The notes under the pieces were generated by a model. The model was given only the letters and a program-made list of their open reading frames with translations. It did no database searches and was not told the origin of the DNA. From contig JBOEGD010000007.1 of assembly GCA_050633245.1 (NCBI GenBank), positions 187,624-251,623 of the forward strand: DNA of 64,000 nucleotides. Reading direction: 5' to 3'. The stretch comes from Calditrichia bacterium. Lineage in GTDB: Bacteria; Calditrichota; Calditrichia; RBG-13-44-9; J075. The position numbers and the translations under genes were made by a program. Of the stretch, positions 20,933 through 30,248 are shown piece after piece (within the stretch, counting starts at the first letter, position 1; every line of letters begins with the position of its first letter).

Positions 20933-21850
20933 TCAGCGAGTTACAGGTGACCGCCAACGCATAAAAAACGGATCTGTTTGCAATTCTACCCGTACCCCAA
21001 ATGGGATGGGAAATGAACCCGAATAGTGTCCGTAAGGAAACCCGGCGACAACAGGAGTTCTTGCTTCCAGTCTTGCAAGAAGATTAGGTATCACGTCCAG
21101 TTCGCCCTCTCCATATAGAAAACGACCGACTACTACAGCTTTAACCTGTTTCCAGAAACCGAGCATATCAAGCTGTTCAAATAATCGATCGATGCGATAG
21201 AGTGGCTCGTTTACATCTTCTAATACCAGCACCAGATTGCGGCGCTGACGAAAGTATGAGGTGCCACATAGGGCGGCGATCATGGTCAGCGTGCCACCAA
21301 TCAACGTGCCTTTTGCTGTGCCGGCAGTAATAACTCGCGGTGTATCCTGCTGCAATTCCTCGGCTGAGACAGAACGTTTCTCACCCGATAAAATCCGTAG
21401 ACCGGCTTGGAGATAAGGATTTTCCTTGTGCACCTGCAGCGTTAGGGCAAGTCCACTTAGTGAAGGCTGCTTAATACGATTAAAAAGGGCCCACTGAAAT
21501 GCAGTAAGATCACTAAATCCGATAAGCCATCGTGGGGCGTGTTGCAGAAGTTCATAATCCAGGCCAGCTAAAAGCTGCATGCTGCCATACCCGCCTCTAA
21601 GTGCCCAGATGGCCCGAACATCCGGATCTTGCAGAAAGCCGTGTAAGTCACTCAGTCGATCTTCCCTTGGTGCCGAGACAATTCCAGCATTAGCAAAGGC
21701 ATGTTGCCCGGGGATACAGCGATAACCGAGTTCTTCCAGCAGGCGCATTCCTTCTTTCACCTGGGCTGGCTTGACAGGGCCGGCCGGAGAAACCAATCCG
21801 ATTTTATCACCTGGAAGAAGCGGAGGAATGTTTAAATCAGGCATCACCAA
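20933..21850 (-). CDS. ldcA: LD-carboxypeptidase (peptidase S66)
   Basis: SPAGP, RGGYG, GFSDLT, LEDVNE, GH triad motifs. Confidence 0.85.
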   Translation of the reverse strand: MVMPDLNIPPLLPGDKIGLVSPAGPVKPAQVKEGMRLLEELGYRCIPGQHAFANAGIVSAPREDRLSDLHGFLQDPDVRAIWALRGGYGSMQLLAGLDYELLQHAPRWLIGFSDLTAFQWALFNRIKQPSLSGLALTLQVHKENPYLQAGLRILSGEKRSVSAEELQQDTPRVITAGTAKGTLIGGTLTMIAALCGTSYFRQRRNLVLVLEDVNEPLYRIDRLFEQLDMLGFWKQVKAVVVGRFLYGEGELDVIPNLLARLEARTPVVAGFPYGHYSGSFPIPFGVRVELQTDPFFMRWRSPVTR

Positions 21851-21856
21851 ACCTTA

Positions 21857-22795
21857 TTATTTTGCCGCTTGCATATCAAGCGCAAGACCGGCGGCACCGA
21901 GCAATCCGGCTTTATTTCCCAGACGTGCTGCAACAACTTCAAGACCTTCCTGCGCCGGCTCCATCGAACGCAAACAGGTTTCTCGTTTAATCTTTGCTAT
22001 ATACCAATCCCCTGCTTCGCTTACACCACCACCGATGATGATGCGCTGAGGGTTAAAAATATTCACCAAACTTGCCAGTCCGGCAGCAACCATGCTTGCA
22101 CCGCGCTCGACAACCTCAATCGCGGCATTCTCATTACCGGCGTATCTTTCAAAAATACCAATCGTGCTACTTACATCACTGTCTGGATTAAGTTCGCGGT
22201 AGTGATCGATCATTGCCGTTGCGGAGGCATATTTCTCCCAGCATCCGATTCCACCGCACCGACAGCGCTTGCCATCATAGTGAATACTCATGTGCCCAAC
22301 CTCAGAACCGGCATAGTTACTTCCGCGAAAAAGATTTCCGTCGATGATTATTCCACCACCAATTCCGGTACCGAGCGTAATGCAGACTATATCTTTGCAG
22401 CCTTCTCCCGCACCATAACGCATTTCACCATATGCCATTACATTTGCATCGTTATCGGCAAAGACCGGCAGATTAATGCTCGATTCTAAACGATCCTTTA
22501 TTGCAACATTTCGCCAGTATTTAAAGTTTGGCGTGCCGCCTTTTAAATAACCGGTTTTTACATCTACGCTACCGGGTGTTCCAATTCCCAGAGCTTCCAA
22601 CTTTATGCCTTTGCTATCGGCAAACTCCTGAGCTTCTTTTGCGGCAGCAACAAGCTGTTCCAGAACAACATCGGCATCTTTGTCTGCGTGTGACGGTCGT
22701 TTAAAGCGGGAGACAATTTCCCCATCATCGCTACAAATACCGTATTTTATGGACGTGCCGCCCAAGTCTAGTCCGATTGCGTATTGCTTGCTCAT
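21857..22795 (-). CDS. ROK family sugar kinase (glucokinase-like)
   Basis: GLDLGGT, NDAN, TLGTGIGGG, EVGH and CxCGxxGCxE zinc motif. ATG 22795 overlaps the upstream stop (ATGA). Confidence 0.9.
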   Translation of the reverse strand: MSKQYAIGLDLGGTSIKYGICSDDGEIVSRFKRPSHADKDADVVLEQLVAAAKEAQEFADSKGIKLEALGIGTPGSVDVKTGYLKGGTPNFKYWRNVAIKDRLESSINLPVFADNDANVMAYGEMRYGAGEGCKDIVCITLGTGIGGGIIIDGNLFRGSNYAGSEVGHMSIHYDGKRCRCGGIGCWEKYASATAMIDHYRELNPDSDVSSTIGIFERYAGNENAAIEVVERGASMVAAGLASLVNIFNPQRIIIGGGVSEAGDWYIAKIKRETCLRSMEPAQEGLEVVAARLGNKAGLLGAAGLALDMQAAK

Positions 22796-24021
22796 GAAAT
22801 TGGTGATCCTTTTTCTAATGCTTTGGCAGATTGCCAAACCCATTTAAAGATTGCGTGATCAGCATCAGTGAAATTTACTTTTCTGCGTTTCATAACTGCT
22901 GCTGCCACCTCGACAGCTTTTTCAAATCCGTACTGTGTGGCGGTGTCTCCACCCCAGCTAAACGAGGGAACAAATTTTGGTGGCATGCCACTACAAAAAA
23001 TATTGCTGTTCACTCCAACAATTGTGCCGGTGTTAAACATCATATTGATAGCAGACTTGGAATGATCGCCCATTATGAGGCCGACGAACTGGCTACCGGT
23101 TTCTACAGGTTTTCCGTTCACTAAGGCGGTTATCGTGCCATAGTTATTTTTCAAATCACTATTGTTGGTATCCGCCCCCAGATTTACCCAGCTGCCGAGA
23201 TAGGCGTGTCCGAGAAAACCATCATGCTGTTTATTGGAATAGCCTTGAACAATGCTTTCCTCCAGCTCCCCTCCAATTTTGCACCAGGGTCCGATAGTTG
23301 TGTTTTCATAAATTTTTGCTGCAATCTTAATCGTCGAGTTTGCACCGATATAAAGGGGGCCTTCCAAAACAGCATTAGGCATAACGGTAACATTATCCTC
23401 TATCCAGACCGGCCCATGCTCTGCATCCACGACGACACCTGGCTTTAGGCGACTACCATTGCCCAAATGAACGCGTTCTTTTTCCAGGATATGAACGCCC
23501 TCATCTACCGTCCCGAAAATCTGTCCGCGTTCCTCACGTTGAAAATCGCGGACAATCTCATTTCCGTTCTGATGCACCAGTTGCCAAATATAGCGAAACA
23601 ATATTGCGTCGCCGGAACGTTTTCGCAGAGTTGCCATTAAGCCTGCACTATCTAAGCCTTCAGCTGTCAGAAAAGGCTCAACGGTCTTCCACTGCACTCG
23701 TGCTGCGACCAGAGCATTCTCGTAAACCAAGGCCTCATTTTTTTCTAGAGATTCAATTTCAGCAAAACCGCTTTCGGAGGGAATCCATCGCGCATTGATC
23801 CAAAGCGCGTCTGAAGCATTATTAGCTGTTGGACGTTGTTCTTGCTCCAGATAATTTTGTTGCAGATAGTCGCGCGCATAGCCCATACAGGATTGGCCGC
23901 TAATTCGCTGAATCTTTTGCTGTAGCGTCCGAGCACCACAGCGTAGTTCCCATGTTGGTCTAAAATAGACCAGCGGCAGCAGGTCGGAAGTAAAGTTATC
24001 TTCGAACAGCACAAGTTTCAT
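22792..24021 (-). CDS. GlmU-related putative sugar nucleotidyltransferase with hexapeptide beta-helix
   Basis: LLPLVYFRPTWELRCG N-terminus, HDGFLGHAYLGSWVNLGADTNNSDLKN. GGAGG RBS before ATG 24021. Confidence 0.8.
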   Translation of the reverse strand: MKLVLFEDNFTSDLLPLVYFRPTWELRCGARTLQQKIQRISGQSCMGYARDYLQQNYLEQEQRPTANNASDALWINARWIPSESGFAEIESLEKNEALVYENALVAARVQWKTVEPFLTAEGLDSAGLMATLRKRSGDAILFRYIWQLVHQNGNEIVRDFQREERGQIFGTVDEGVHILEKERVHLGNGSRLKPGVVVDAEHGPVWIEDNVTVMPNAVLEGPLYIGANSTIKIAAKIYENTTIGPWCKIGGELEESIVQGYSNKQHDGFLGHAYLGSWVNLGADTNNSDLKNNYGTITALVNGKPVETGSQFVGLIMGDHSKSAINMMFNTGTIVGVNSNIFCSGMPPKFVPSFSWGGDTATQYGFEKAVEVAAAVMKRRKVNFTDADHAIFKWVWQSAKALEKGSPIS

Positions 24022-24138
24022 CGTGGAGTCCTCCATGTGAGGTTTATCAGAGTATTCATCGTATCGTTCAGAAAGAATAATCGTCAAGATAACACATGGC
24101 TCAAGGGTATGAAGTGACAAGCGTAGAGAATCTGAGTT

Positions 24139-24172
24139 AAAAAAAAGGCAGTGCTCACGAGGAGCACTGCCT
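24139..24172 (-). terminator. Intrinsic terminator after tonB
   Basis: AGGCAGTGCTC/GAGCACTGCCT stem plus T-tract on the - strand. Confidence 0.9.
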
Positions 24173-24200
24173 ATAAAGCATCTTAGCGGAAATGTCGCAT

Positions 24201-24839
24201 TTACTTCAACTTAAAGTTAAATGGAATACTTACCCATACTTTAACGAAGCGATCCCGCTGTTTTCCAGGCTTAAACTTAAACTGCCGCGCAGCGGTAATA
24301 GCCGATTCATCGAGCAGCGGATGCGATTTCAGAATTTGAACATCTTCTACATCGCCCTTGGTATTTACCAGAACTTTAACAACAACCGTTCCTTCGATAC
24401 CAGCTTTTTTCGCCAGCTCAGGGTATTTCGGATTCACACGTTTAATCTCAACCGGCTTATCGGAGAGCGCATAGAACGGTACGATCGGTTCTTCTTCTTC
24501 CGGCGGAGGTGGCGGCGCATCAACTTCTTCGGTAAAATCAATTTCCGTTTCATCGATCGTAAGGTCTTCCGGAATATCTTCGTCCTCAGATTCAATTGGA
24601 ATCTTGGGCTTTGGCGGCGCAGGCGGCTTCTGGAACTGCTGCGTCGGAGGGATAATTTCCGGTTTAATAATAGTGTCCACCTTCTTCTGAATGGTCACCT
24701 CATTTTCGAAACGCTTGAATGCATAGAAAAGCAGCGTGACTAAAATAAGGGTAAGCAGCGTGGCGGCTTCAAACCAGCGGCGCGATTTTAACTTAAGATC
24801 CGCTTCCGGCTCTTTATATATCAACTGTCTTTTTGCCAT
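24201..24839 (-). CDS. tonB: Energy transducer TonB
   Basis: TM segment, Pro-rich linker, PKYPELAKKAGIEGTVVV C-terminal domain. Confidence 0.9.
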   Translation of the reverse strand: MAKRQLIYKEPEADLKLKSRRWFEAATLLTLILVTLLFYAFKRFENEVTIQKKVDTIIKPEIIPPTQQFQKPPAPPKPKIPIESEDEDIPEDLTIDETEIDFTEEVDAPPPPPEEEEPIVPFYALSDKPVEIKRVNPKYPELAKKAGIEGTVVVKVLVNTKGDVEDVQILKSHPLLDESAITAARQFKFKPGKQRDRFVKVWVSIPFNFKLK

Positions 24840-24851
24840 CTAACCTCTCCT

Positions 24852-25265
24852 TTATCCTTCCGGAATGGTCGAATAGTTTATCCTCAACGTACTTGCTTTC
24901 CGCAACTCCTGCTGCACATCTGTTAACGTCCCCATATCAGCACTTTTATCGACCTTAAGGGAAATAACAAGACGCGGCTCGGCCACCAGCTTATTATAAG
25001 CAACGGTGCGCAGATCGCTTATTTTATTAATTGATACTTCATCAAGCACTACGCGACCTTCTTTATCTACCCAGATTGTAGATACAAGTCGCTTACTGGG
25101 AAGCTTCTCGATCATTTTCGCACTGGGAATCTCCACCTTCAGACCTTCATACTGTCTAAGAACGGTGGTCACCATAAAGAAGATCAATAGCTGGAAAATA
25201 ATATCCGGCATTGAGGAGGTCGGCACTGAAATATTGGTCTTATTCTTCTTTTTAAAGTGGCTCAT
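24852..25265 (-). CDS. exbD: ExbD/TolR family biopolymer transport protein
   Basis: SSMPDIIFQLLIFFMVTT TM segment with conserved Asp. Confidence 0.88.
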   Translation of the reverse strand: MSHFKKKNKTNISVPTSSMPDIIFQLLIFFMVTTVLRQYEGLKVEIPSAKMIEKLPSKRLVSTIWVDKEGRVVLDEVSINKISDLRTVAYNKLVAEPRLVISLKVDKSADMGTLTDVQQELRKASTLRINYSTIPEG

Positions 25266-25369
25266 TCGTTTCTACACCTTCGTATCTTGCGAAGTGGAAC
25301 TGACGATTATTAACCGCGTAACAACAATCCTAATTGACCATAAGATCAACCAGGACAATTGGTTACACG

Positions 25370-25777
25370 CTATCCGACGTCCGGATCAGCGATAGAAATA
25401 CGTTTTGCCCCGGATTCTTTCAATTGATCGAGCACGGCAATATATATTTCATATTTTGTACCGCGTGTCGTTTTCAAAGAAACGATCAGCTTGTCGTTTT
25501 CTTCCAGCTTCTCACGAATCAAGCGATTGATTTCGCGAATTGAAACGGGCGAACTATCGATCAATACATCCCCATTATCATTAATGAGAATATTTGTAAT
25601 GTTCTTACGGTTAATCTCGATCTCTTCAACGTCTTCATCAGGAGGGAGGATCAAATCCAACCCTTTATCCACATTAATCGTTGTACAGACCAGAAAGAAC
25701 ACCAACAAAAGAAAAGCGATATCAGCCATCGATGAAGAAGGAATCTCTACCGGAGCTTTTTCTCGTTTTTTTAACAT
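25370..25777 (-). CDS. exbD: ExbD/TolR family biopolymer transport protein
   Basis: SSMADIAFLLLVFFLVCTT TM segment with conserved Asp. Confidence 0.88.
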   Translation of the reverse strand: MLKKREKAPVEIPSSSMADIAFLLLVFFLVCTTINVDKGLDLILPPDEDVEEIEINRKNITNILINDNGDVLIDSSPVSIREINRLIREKLEENDKLIVSLKTTRGTKYEIYIAVLDQLKESGAKRISIADPDVG

Positions 25778-25798
25778 GTGGTTGATCCTCTCGCGGCA

Positions 25799-26407
25799 TT
25801 AACCCTTAAGTTCGATAAGCGTATCGACTAATTGTGCGGAAGCATCTTCCATGTCGATAATAAGACTGTCGATCTTTGCGGTAGCAAGATTAAAGAAAAA
25901 CTGCACAACCATGGCTACAATAAGACCAAAAAGAGTCGTCAATAGAGCCTGAGAAATACCACCAGCTACAACAGCAGGTGAAATATCGTTCTGAACTTTA
26001 ATATCTTCGAAAGCTACAATCATGCCCCATACCGTTCCGGTAAAACCAAGAAGCGGTGCGATAACAATGATAAAACCAAGCCATACCATCCAACGCTCAA
26101 GGAAAGCCATTTCCAAAGAACCAGCGCTAACAATAGCCTTTTCTGCACTTTCAACACCATCTTTTGCGCGAACTAAACCGGCGTGCATAACAGAAGCAAC
26201 CGGACCTGACGTACTCTCACACTTCTCCAAAGCCTGATCGACGTTGCCACTTTTCAATGAAGCACGAATATCAGCCATAAATTTCCCGGTGTTAACACCA
26301 GCTTTAAAAAGCGTAAAAGTTTTCCACAAACTAATAGCCAGTCCAATGATTCCCATTATAAGAATCGGGTGCATGAACCCACCGCCCAGATTATAGAGTT
26401 CGACCAT
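25799..26407 (-). CDS. exbB: MotA/TolQ/ExbB proton channel protein
   Basis: APLLGFTGTVWGMI, GGISQALLTT. Confidence 0.9.
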   Translation of the reverse strand: MVELYNLGGGFMHPILIMGIIGLAISLWKTFTLFKAGVNTGKFMADIRASLKSGNVDQALEKCESTSGPVASVMHAGLVRAKDGVESAEKAIVSAGSLEMAFLERWMVWLGFIIVIAPLLGFTGTVWGMIVAFEDIKVQNDISPAVVAGGISQALLTTLFGLIVAMVVQFFFNLATAKIDSLIIDMEDASAQLVDTLIELKG

Positions 26408-26686
26408 AGCTTTTGAGCCTCCTCGATACGTTGTTTACTAAGCTTAAATCGTTATTAATATTAGGATTCTACTTTAATGCCCAAAAGTTTACGATTTGCG
26501 GGTCAAAAAGTCAAATACTTTTTTTAAGCTCGTGTGACCTAAATTACTTTTGTGCCACAAGAGGTGGAATCTACTATAATAACTTGATTTAGGCTATTTT
26601 TATTCGCAAGAATTTAGAATACTTTTACCGGCATCATTTATTGAACTCCACAATGGCTGCAGGTTGGCAGTTGGCATGGGCAATAC

Positions 26687-26724
26687 AAAAAAAAAGCGCT
26701 GCTGCATCTATAATGCAGCAGCGC
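26687..26724 (-). terminator. Intrinsic terminator after ctpA
   Basis: GCGCTGCTGCAT/ATGCAGCAGCGC 12-bp stem plus T9 tract on the - strand. Confidence 0.92.
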
Positions 26725-26745
26725 CAGTTCTCTCTGATAAACAAT

Positions 26746-28350
26746 TTAGCGAAGCGTGGCCATTTTTCCAGCCTGATCAAACAGCTCCATTGCACGTTTA
26801 AACTGCTTATCCCCGGTAAGAGCAATGTAATAGTATGCATTCGAATCCCAGATCTGACGAGCAATCTCGGCCTTCAAACGCAGCTCAATATATTCCCAGT
26901 CCTTTTTAAACTCGTCGGCTTCTACCTTAACATCTTTGCTGATCGTATATGCTTTAAAGTCGCGATACCCTTTCTGAGTCAGGTGAAAATCATCACGAAA
27001 GCGCTTGCGCGTATAGGTCGCCAATTCAGGATGGTCTGCAATCCACTTATTGGAAAACTCAAAGAAAACCCGCTTAGTAAGCATTTCATTTGTCAATGTG
27101 GGAGATTTTGAGATATTGTTGGCCGTTATTCTTACATCGGGTTGAATTCCACCGCCACCATAAACGGTACGCCCTTTTTTGAGGGTATGGAATACCGGAC
27201 GATTTCGCAGAGAATCCTGTGAATACCAACTCGAATCTACAACCTCACTATAATACTCATCGACCTTCTTACCCTTATATTCGCGTTGAATACAGCGCCC
27301 GGAAGGCGTATAGTACTTTGCTGTGGTAATGCGAACAGCAGATCCATCCTGTAAATTGAATTCTTTTTGAACAAGACCTTTGCCAAAACTGTTCTCACCG
27401 ACAATCAACCCACGATCGTAATCCTGAATGGCTCCAGCCACAATTTCCGATGCGGAAGCAGAACCACGATTTATTAAAACAATGACAGGATAATTTCGAA
27501 CAAACTTACGACCGAAGTGATCGGCATAATATTCTTCATCGACCCGCTGATTTCGCCCTTTTGTGTAAACGACCAGCTTATGTCCTTTAATGAACTTACC
27601 GGCCAGCTTCACCGCTTCATGCAGATAGCCACCGGAATTGCCCCGTAAATCAAGTATCAGGCGCTTTAATCCGGTTCGCTCCAGTTCAACCAGCTTTTCC
27701 TCCACTTCTTTCGAAGTAATTGCCGCAAAGCGATTCACCTGAATATAGCCGGTACTGTCGTCGGCCATAAAGTTGGAGGTAATGGTAGAAAGGGGAATCA
27801 CATCGCGGATGATAGTAAAATCGAGCGGTTCGGCCTGGCCTTCGCGCTTTATCGCCACATCAACGGTGGTTCCCTTGGGACCCTTGAGTTTACCGGGCAC
27901 ATCGTTTCGGTCTGTGCCAACGGAACTGACACCATTAATCTTAACAATTTTATCCCCGGGAAGAATTCCGAGTCGATCTGCCGGTCCATCAGGCACCGCG
28001 GAAATCACCGTTAAATAGCCATCGATCACGTCAAACTGAATGCCAATACCTTCATATTTACCGCTAAAGTTTTCTTTATTTGCGCTCGCCTTATCCTGCG
28101 AGATATATACGGAGTGCGGATCCATCTGCTCGAGCATGCCGGAAATAGCACCTTCCATCGCATCATCCCAGTTCACATCCTCTACGTAGTGGCGCTGCGC
28201 AAAACGAGCAACCTCCATCAGCTTTGCCATTTGGGAATGCAGATCTTTCTGGATGCCGGCAAAAGCATTATGTGTAAGCACAAAGCCAACAGATCCTAAA
28301 ATCACTACAGCCAACACCAAAAAGGTTGAGCTCCGATTTGATCCCTGCAT
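26746..28350 (-). CDS. ctpA: Carboxyl-terminal processing protease (S41A, PDZ)
   Basis: DPHS, GIGI PDZ loop, DLRGNSGG, SASASEI, SFGKGLVQ. Confidence 0.92.
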   Translation of the reverse strand: MQGSNRSSTFLVLAVVILGSVGFVLTHNAFAGIQKDLHSQMAKLMEVARFAQRHYVEDVNWDDAMEGAISGMLEQMDPHSVYISQDKASANKENFSGKYEGIGIQFDVIDGYLTVISAVPDGPADRLGILPGDKIVKINGVSSVGTDRNDVPGKLKGPKGTTVDVAIKREGQAEPLDFTIIRDVIPLSTITSNFMADDSTGYIQVNRFAAITSKEVEEKLVELERTGLKRLILDLRGNSGGYLHEAVKLAGKFIKGHKLVVYTKGRNQRVDEEYYADHFGRKFVRNYPVIVLINRGSASASEIVAGAIQDYDRGLIVGENSFGKGLVQKEFNLQDGSAVRITTAKYYTPSGRCIQREYKGKKVDEYYSEVVDSSWYSQDSLRNRPVFHTLKKGRTVYGGGGIQPDVRITANNISKSPTLTNEMLTKRVFFEFSNKWIADHPELATYTRKRFRDDFHLTQKGYRDFKAYTISKDVKVEADEFKKDWEYIELRLKAEIARQIWDSNAYYYIALTGDKQFKRAMELFDQAGKMATLR

Positions 28351-28527
28351 ATGTTCTAACCTCCTTGATTCTTCAAGCTGTCCTGACTTGGGACACCTGT
28401 ATTGTTTTGCTTACGACAAAAAGTCGATTCGGTTCACATTTCTGCAAACCAACGGCCTCTTGTTCTTCAAAAATTCTTCACTGAAGTTATGTTCGACGCA
28501 GCTTGAACAATATATAGTTACAATCTT

Positions 28528-29073
28528 TTACGGCAACAGGACAGAGGCGGTAATTACTGTTGTCCACTGCCCGCCTTTATCTCCCAGAGCTGTTTGAGTC
28601 GTGCTGAATAATTTACCAATACGGCCGGAGTCTCGCCAGGTTTCAATCTTGTTCCGGAAGCTATCATCCGGGTCAAACTCAATTCCCATAATAGTCGCAA
28701 GCATCGTTCCAGCCAGATCTTCAGCATAGTGTGCGGCAGTCTCTTCGTCTTCTCCGTAACTGTGATGCTCAGACAAGTAGCCATATAGCTCGGGGTTGGT
28801 CGGCATTGCAACGCCTACGGAGGCGGCAATCATACGACCTGGCTCATTCGTCGAATTACGGCTTAATACAACATGCATGATTTGACCGGGAGAGGTGCCT
28901 TCAAGCCCGGCATCGGGTTCTACCATTTCACAATGGGGTGGATATATTGATGATACTTCGACAAGGTTGAAATGTGCTATCTTCGCGTTGCGCAGAGCCA
29001 TCTCAAAGCTGGCGAGCTTTTCTTTGTGAACGCCAACCCCTTTGGTCAAAAACATTTTTTTGGGAACATACAT
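28528..29073 (-). CDS. pdaD: Pyruvoyl-dependent arginine decarboxylase
   Basis: FLTKGVG.H..KL.SFE.ALR, NLVEVS-SIYP autocleavage site, GYLSEHH. Confidence 0.88.
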   Translation of the reverse strand: MYVPKKMFLTKGVGVHKEKLASFEMALRNAKIAHFNLVEVSSIYPPHCEMVEPDAGLEGTSPGQIMHVVLSRNSTNEPGRMIAASVGVAMPTNPELYGYLSEHHSYGEDEETAAHYAEDLAGTMLATIMGIEFDPDDSFRNKIETWRDSGRIGKLFSTTQTALGDKGGQWTTVITASVLLP

Positions 29074-29130
29074 TGATTATATCTCCATTATAAAGTCGAA
29101 AGAGACACGCATTCGTGAGTTTGCGCAACC

Positions 29131-30063
29131 TCACTGTAGATAATTATTGATTTCCTCGTCGTTCCAGCGACGGAAGATTTGCCGCATTCTGGCGCGTTTT
29201 AGCCAGAAGACCAGGAAGAAGATTCCAATTATAGCTATCCATAAAAGACTGTCAAAGTTCAAAAGCAAATACCAGCGATATTTTTCACGTAAATCGCGAA
29301 ACCAATAAATCTCGAATTCTCGCTCAGAATAGCCGCTGGCAAGCCTCAGAGCCGCTGGCCATCCATGCACTTTTACGTTGTTGTGAAATACAGGCAGCTG
29401 CGTTATACCGCCCATGCACTCGATTAAAAAACTGGCCGCCGAAAATGAATAGATATATGCCATTTGTATTTGCTGAACCTGAAAATTGCGCAAGCTATCT
29501 ATATCTGATAAAAACATGACGTCTTTACTCTGAAGATCAGCCGAGATTTTCCCGGCTTCGACAAGATCAATACTCTCTCCGCTTAAGATCTCAGACAAAC
29601 CTTCATTGTACCACAGCGGGATCTTCGCACTACCAAACAGACGATCGACGAAAAGATGAACCAATTCGTGGCGCAAATCTTCCTGAAGCGAGCGAATAGA
29701 TCCCTTCCACCCGGGACTTTTTACCAGAATAATACGTCGGCCGGTAAGATAGGCTGCAGCTGCCCACTCCGGAATCGTGAGGTTTTGATGCTGGTAAAAC
29801 TGGCCGGCGTTGGCGGCAATAACGATGCGATTGGAATCCGGTAACTGATAATCAAAATAGCTTTCCAATAGCGGTTGCTGCTGATCGAGGATGCGTGTAA
29901 CCAGCTGAACGGTGGCAGGATTTTTGGCATAGTCCACAATGGTAAACGGTGGGTGTTGCACCACAACGGGTTTGCAAAACACCGGAGTGGAAAGAAGAAA
30001 AATAGCGAGGCATATCAGAAATGCTCGTACTGAAGCCGGGCATTTGGCATCGATACTATTCAT
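29131..30063 (-). CDS. Membrane-anchored peptidase MA-like (gluzincin) protein
   Basis: Signal peptide, HELVH (HExxH) and PLWYNEGL, C-terminal TM segment. Confidence 0.75.
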   Translation of the reverse strand: MNSIDAKCPASVRAFLICLAIFLLSTPVFCKPVVVQHPPFTIVDYAKNPATVQLVTRILDQQQPLLESYFDYQLPDSNRIVIAANAGQFYQHQNLTIPEWAAAAYLTGRRIILVKSPGWKGSIRSLQEDLRHELVHLFVDRLFGSAKIPLWYNEGLSEILSGESIDLVEAGKISADLQSKDVMFLSDIDSLRNFQVQQIQMAYIYSFSAASFLIECMGGITQLPVFHNNVKVHGWPAALRLASGYSEREFEIYWFRDLREKYRWYLLLNFDSLLWIAIIGIFFLVFWLKRARMRQIFRRWNDEEINNYLQ

Positions 30064-30122
30064 AAGACGTCAGTTCTCCTGCCACCTATTCTCCTCATAA
30101 GCGATCTCAACCATTCGGGAGA

Positions 30123-30237
30123 GCGACTTGCCAGTGTAGTGCTCGTAACGAATAGTACGCTTCGGCTGCCAGCCTTCACTGGTCGTTGGTCAGACATCTC
30201 GACAGGTCGAGATAGTAAATTACTCCCAACAAGTCAC
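30123..30237 (-). ncRNA. Candidate structured RNA of unknown class
   Basis: Nested helices GUGACUUG/CAAGUCGC, UUGG/CCAA, AUCUCGAC/GUCGAGAU, CCAGUG/CACUGG, GGCU/AGCC fill the intergenic gap. No match to riboswitch consensus sequences I know. Confidence 0.4.
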
Positions 30238-30248
30238 GAATTGGCGAC

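Noticed and set aside
21869-22489. 206-aa ORF antisense to the ROK kinase
   Set aside because: Shadow ORF fully inside a well-supported gene.
24192-24743. 183-aa Arg/Phe-rich ORF antisense to tonB
   Set aside because: Its composition is the mirror image of the Pro/Glu-rich TonB linker.
30123-30237. yybP-ykoY (Mn) riboswitch or T-box assignment for the structured region
   Set aside because: GGGAGUA and UGGCAAG fragments are present, but the P1 GACC pairing, the L3 motif and the T-box UGGNACC are missing.
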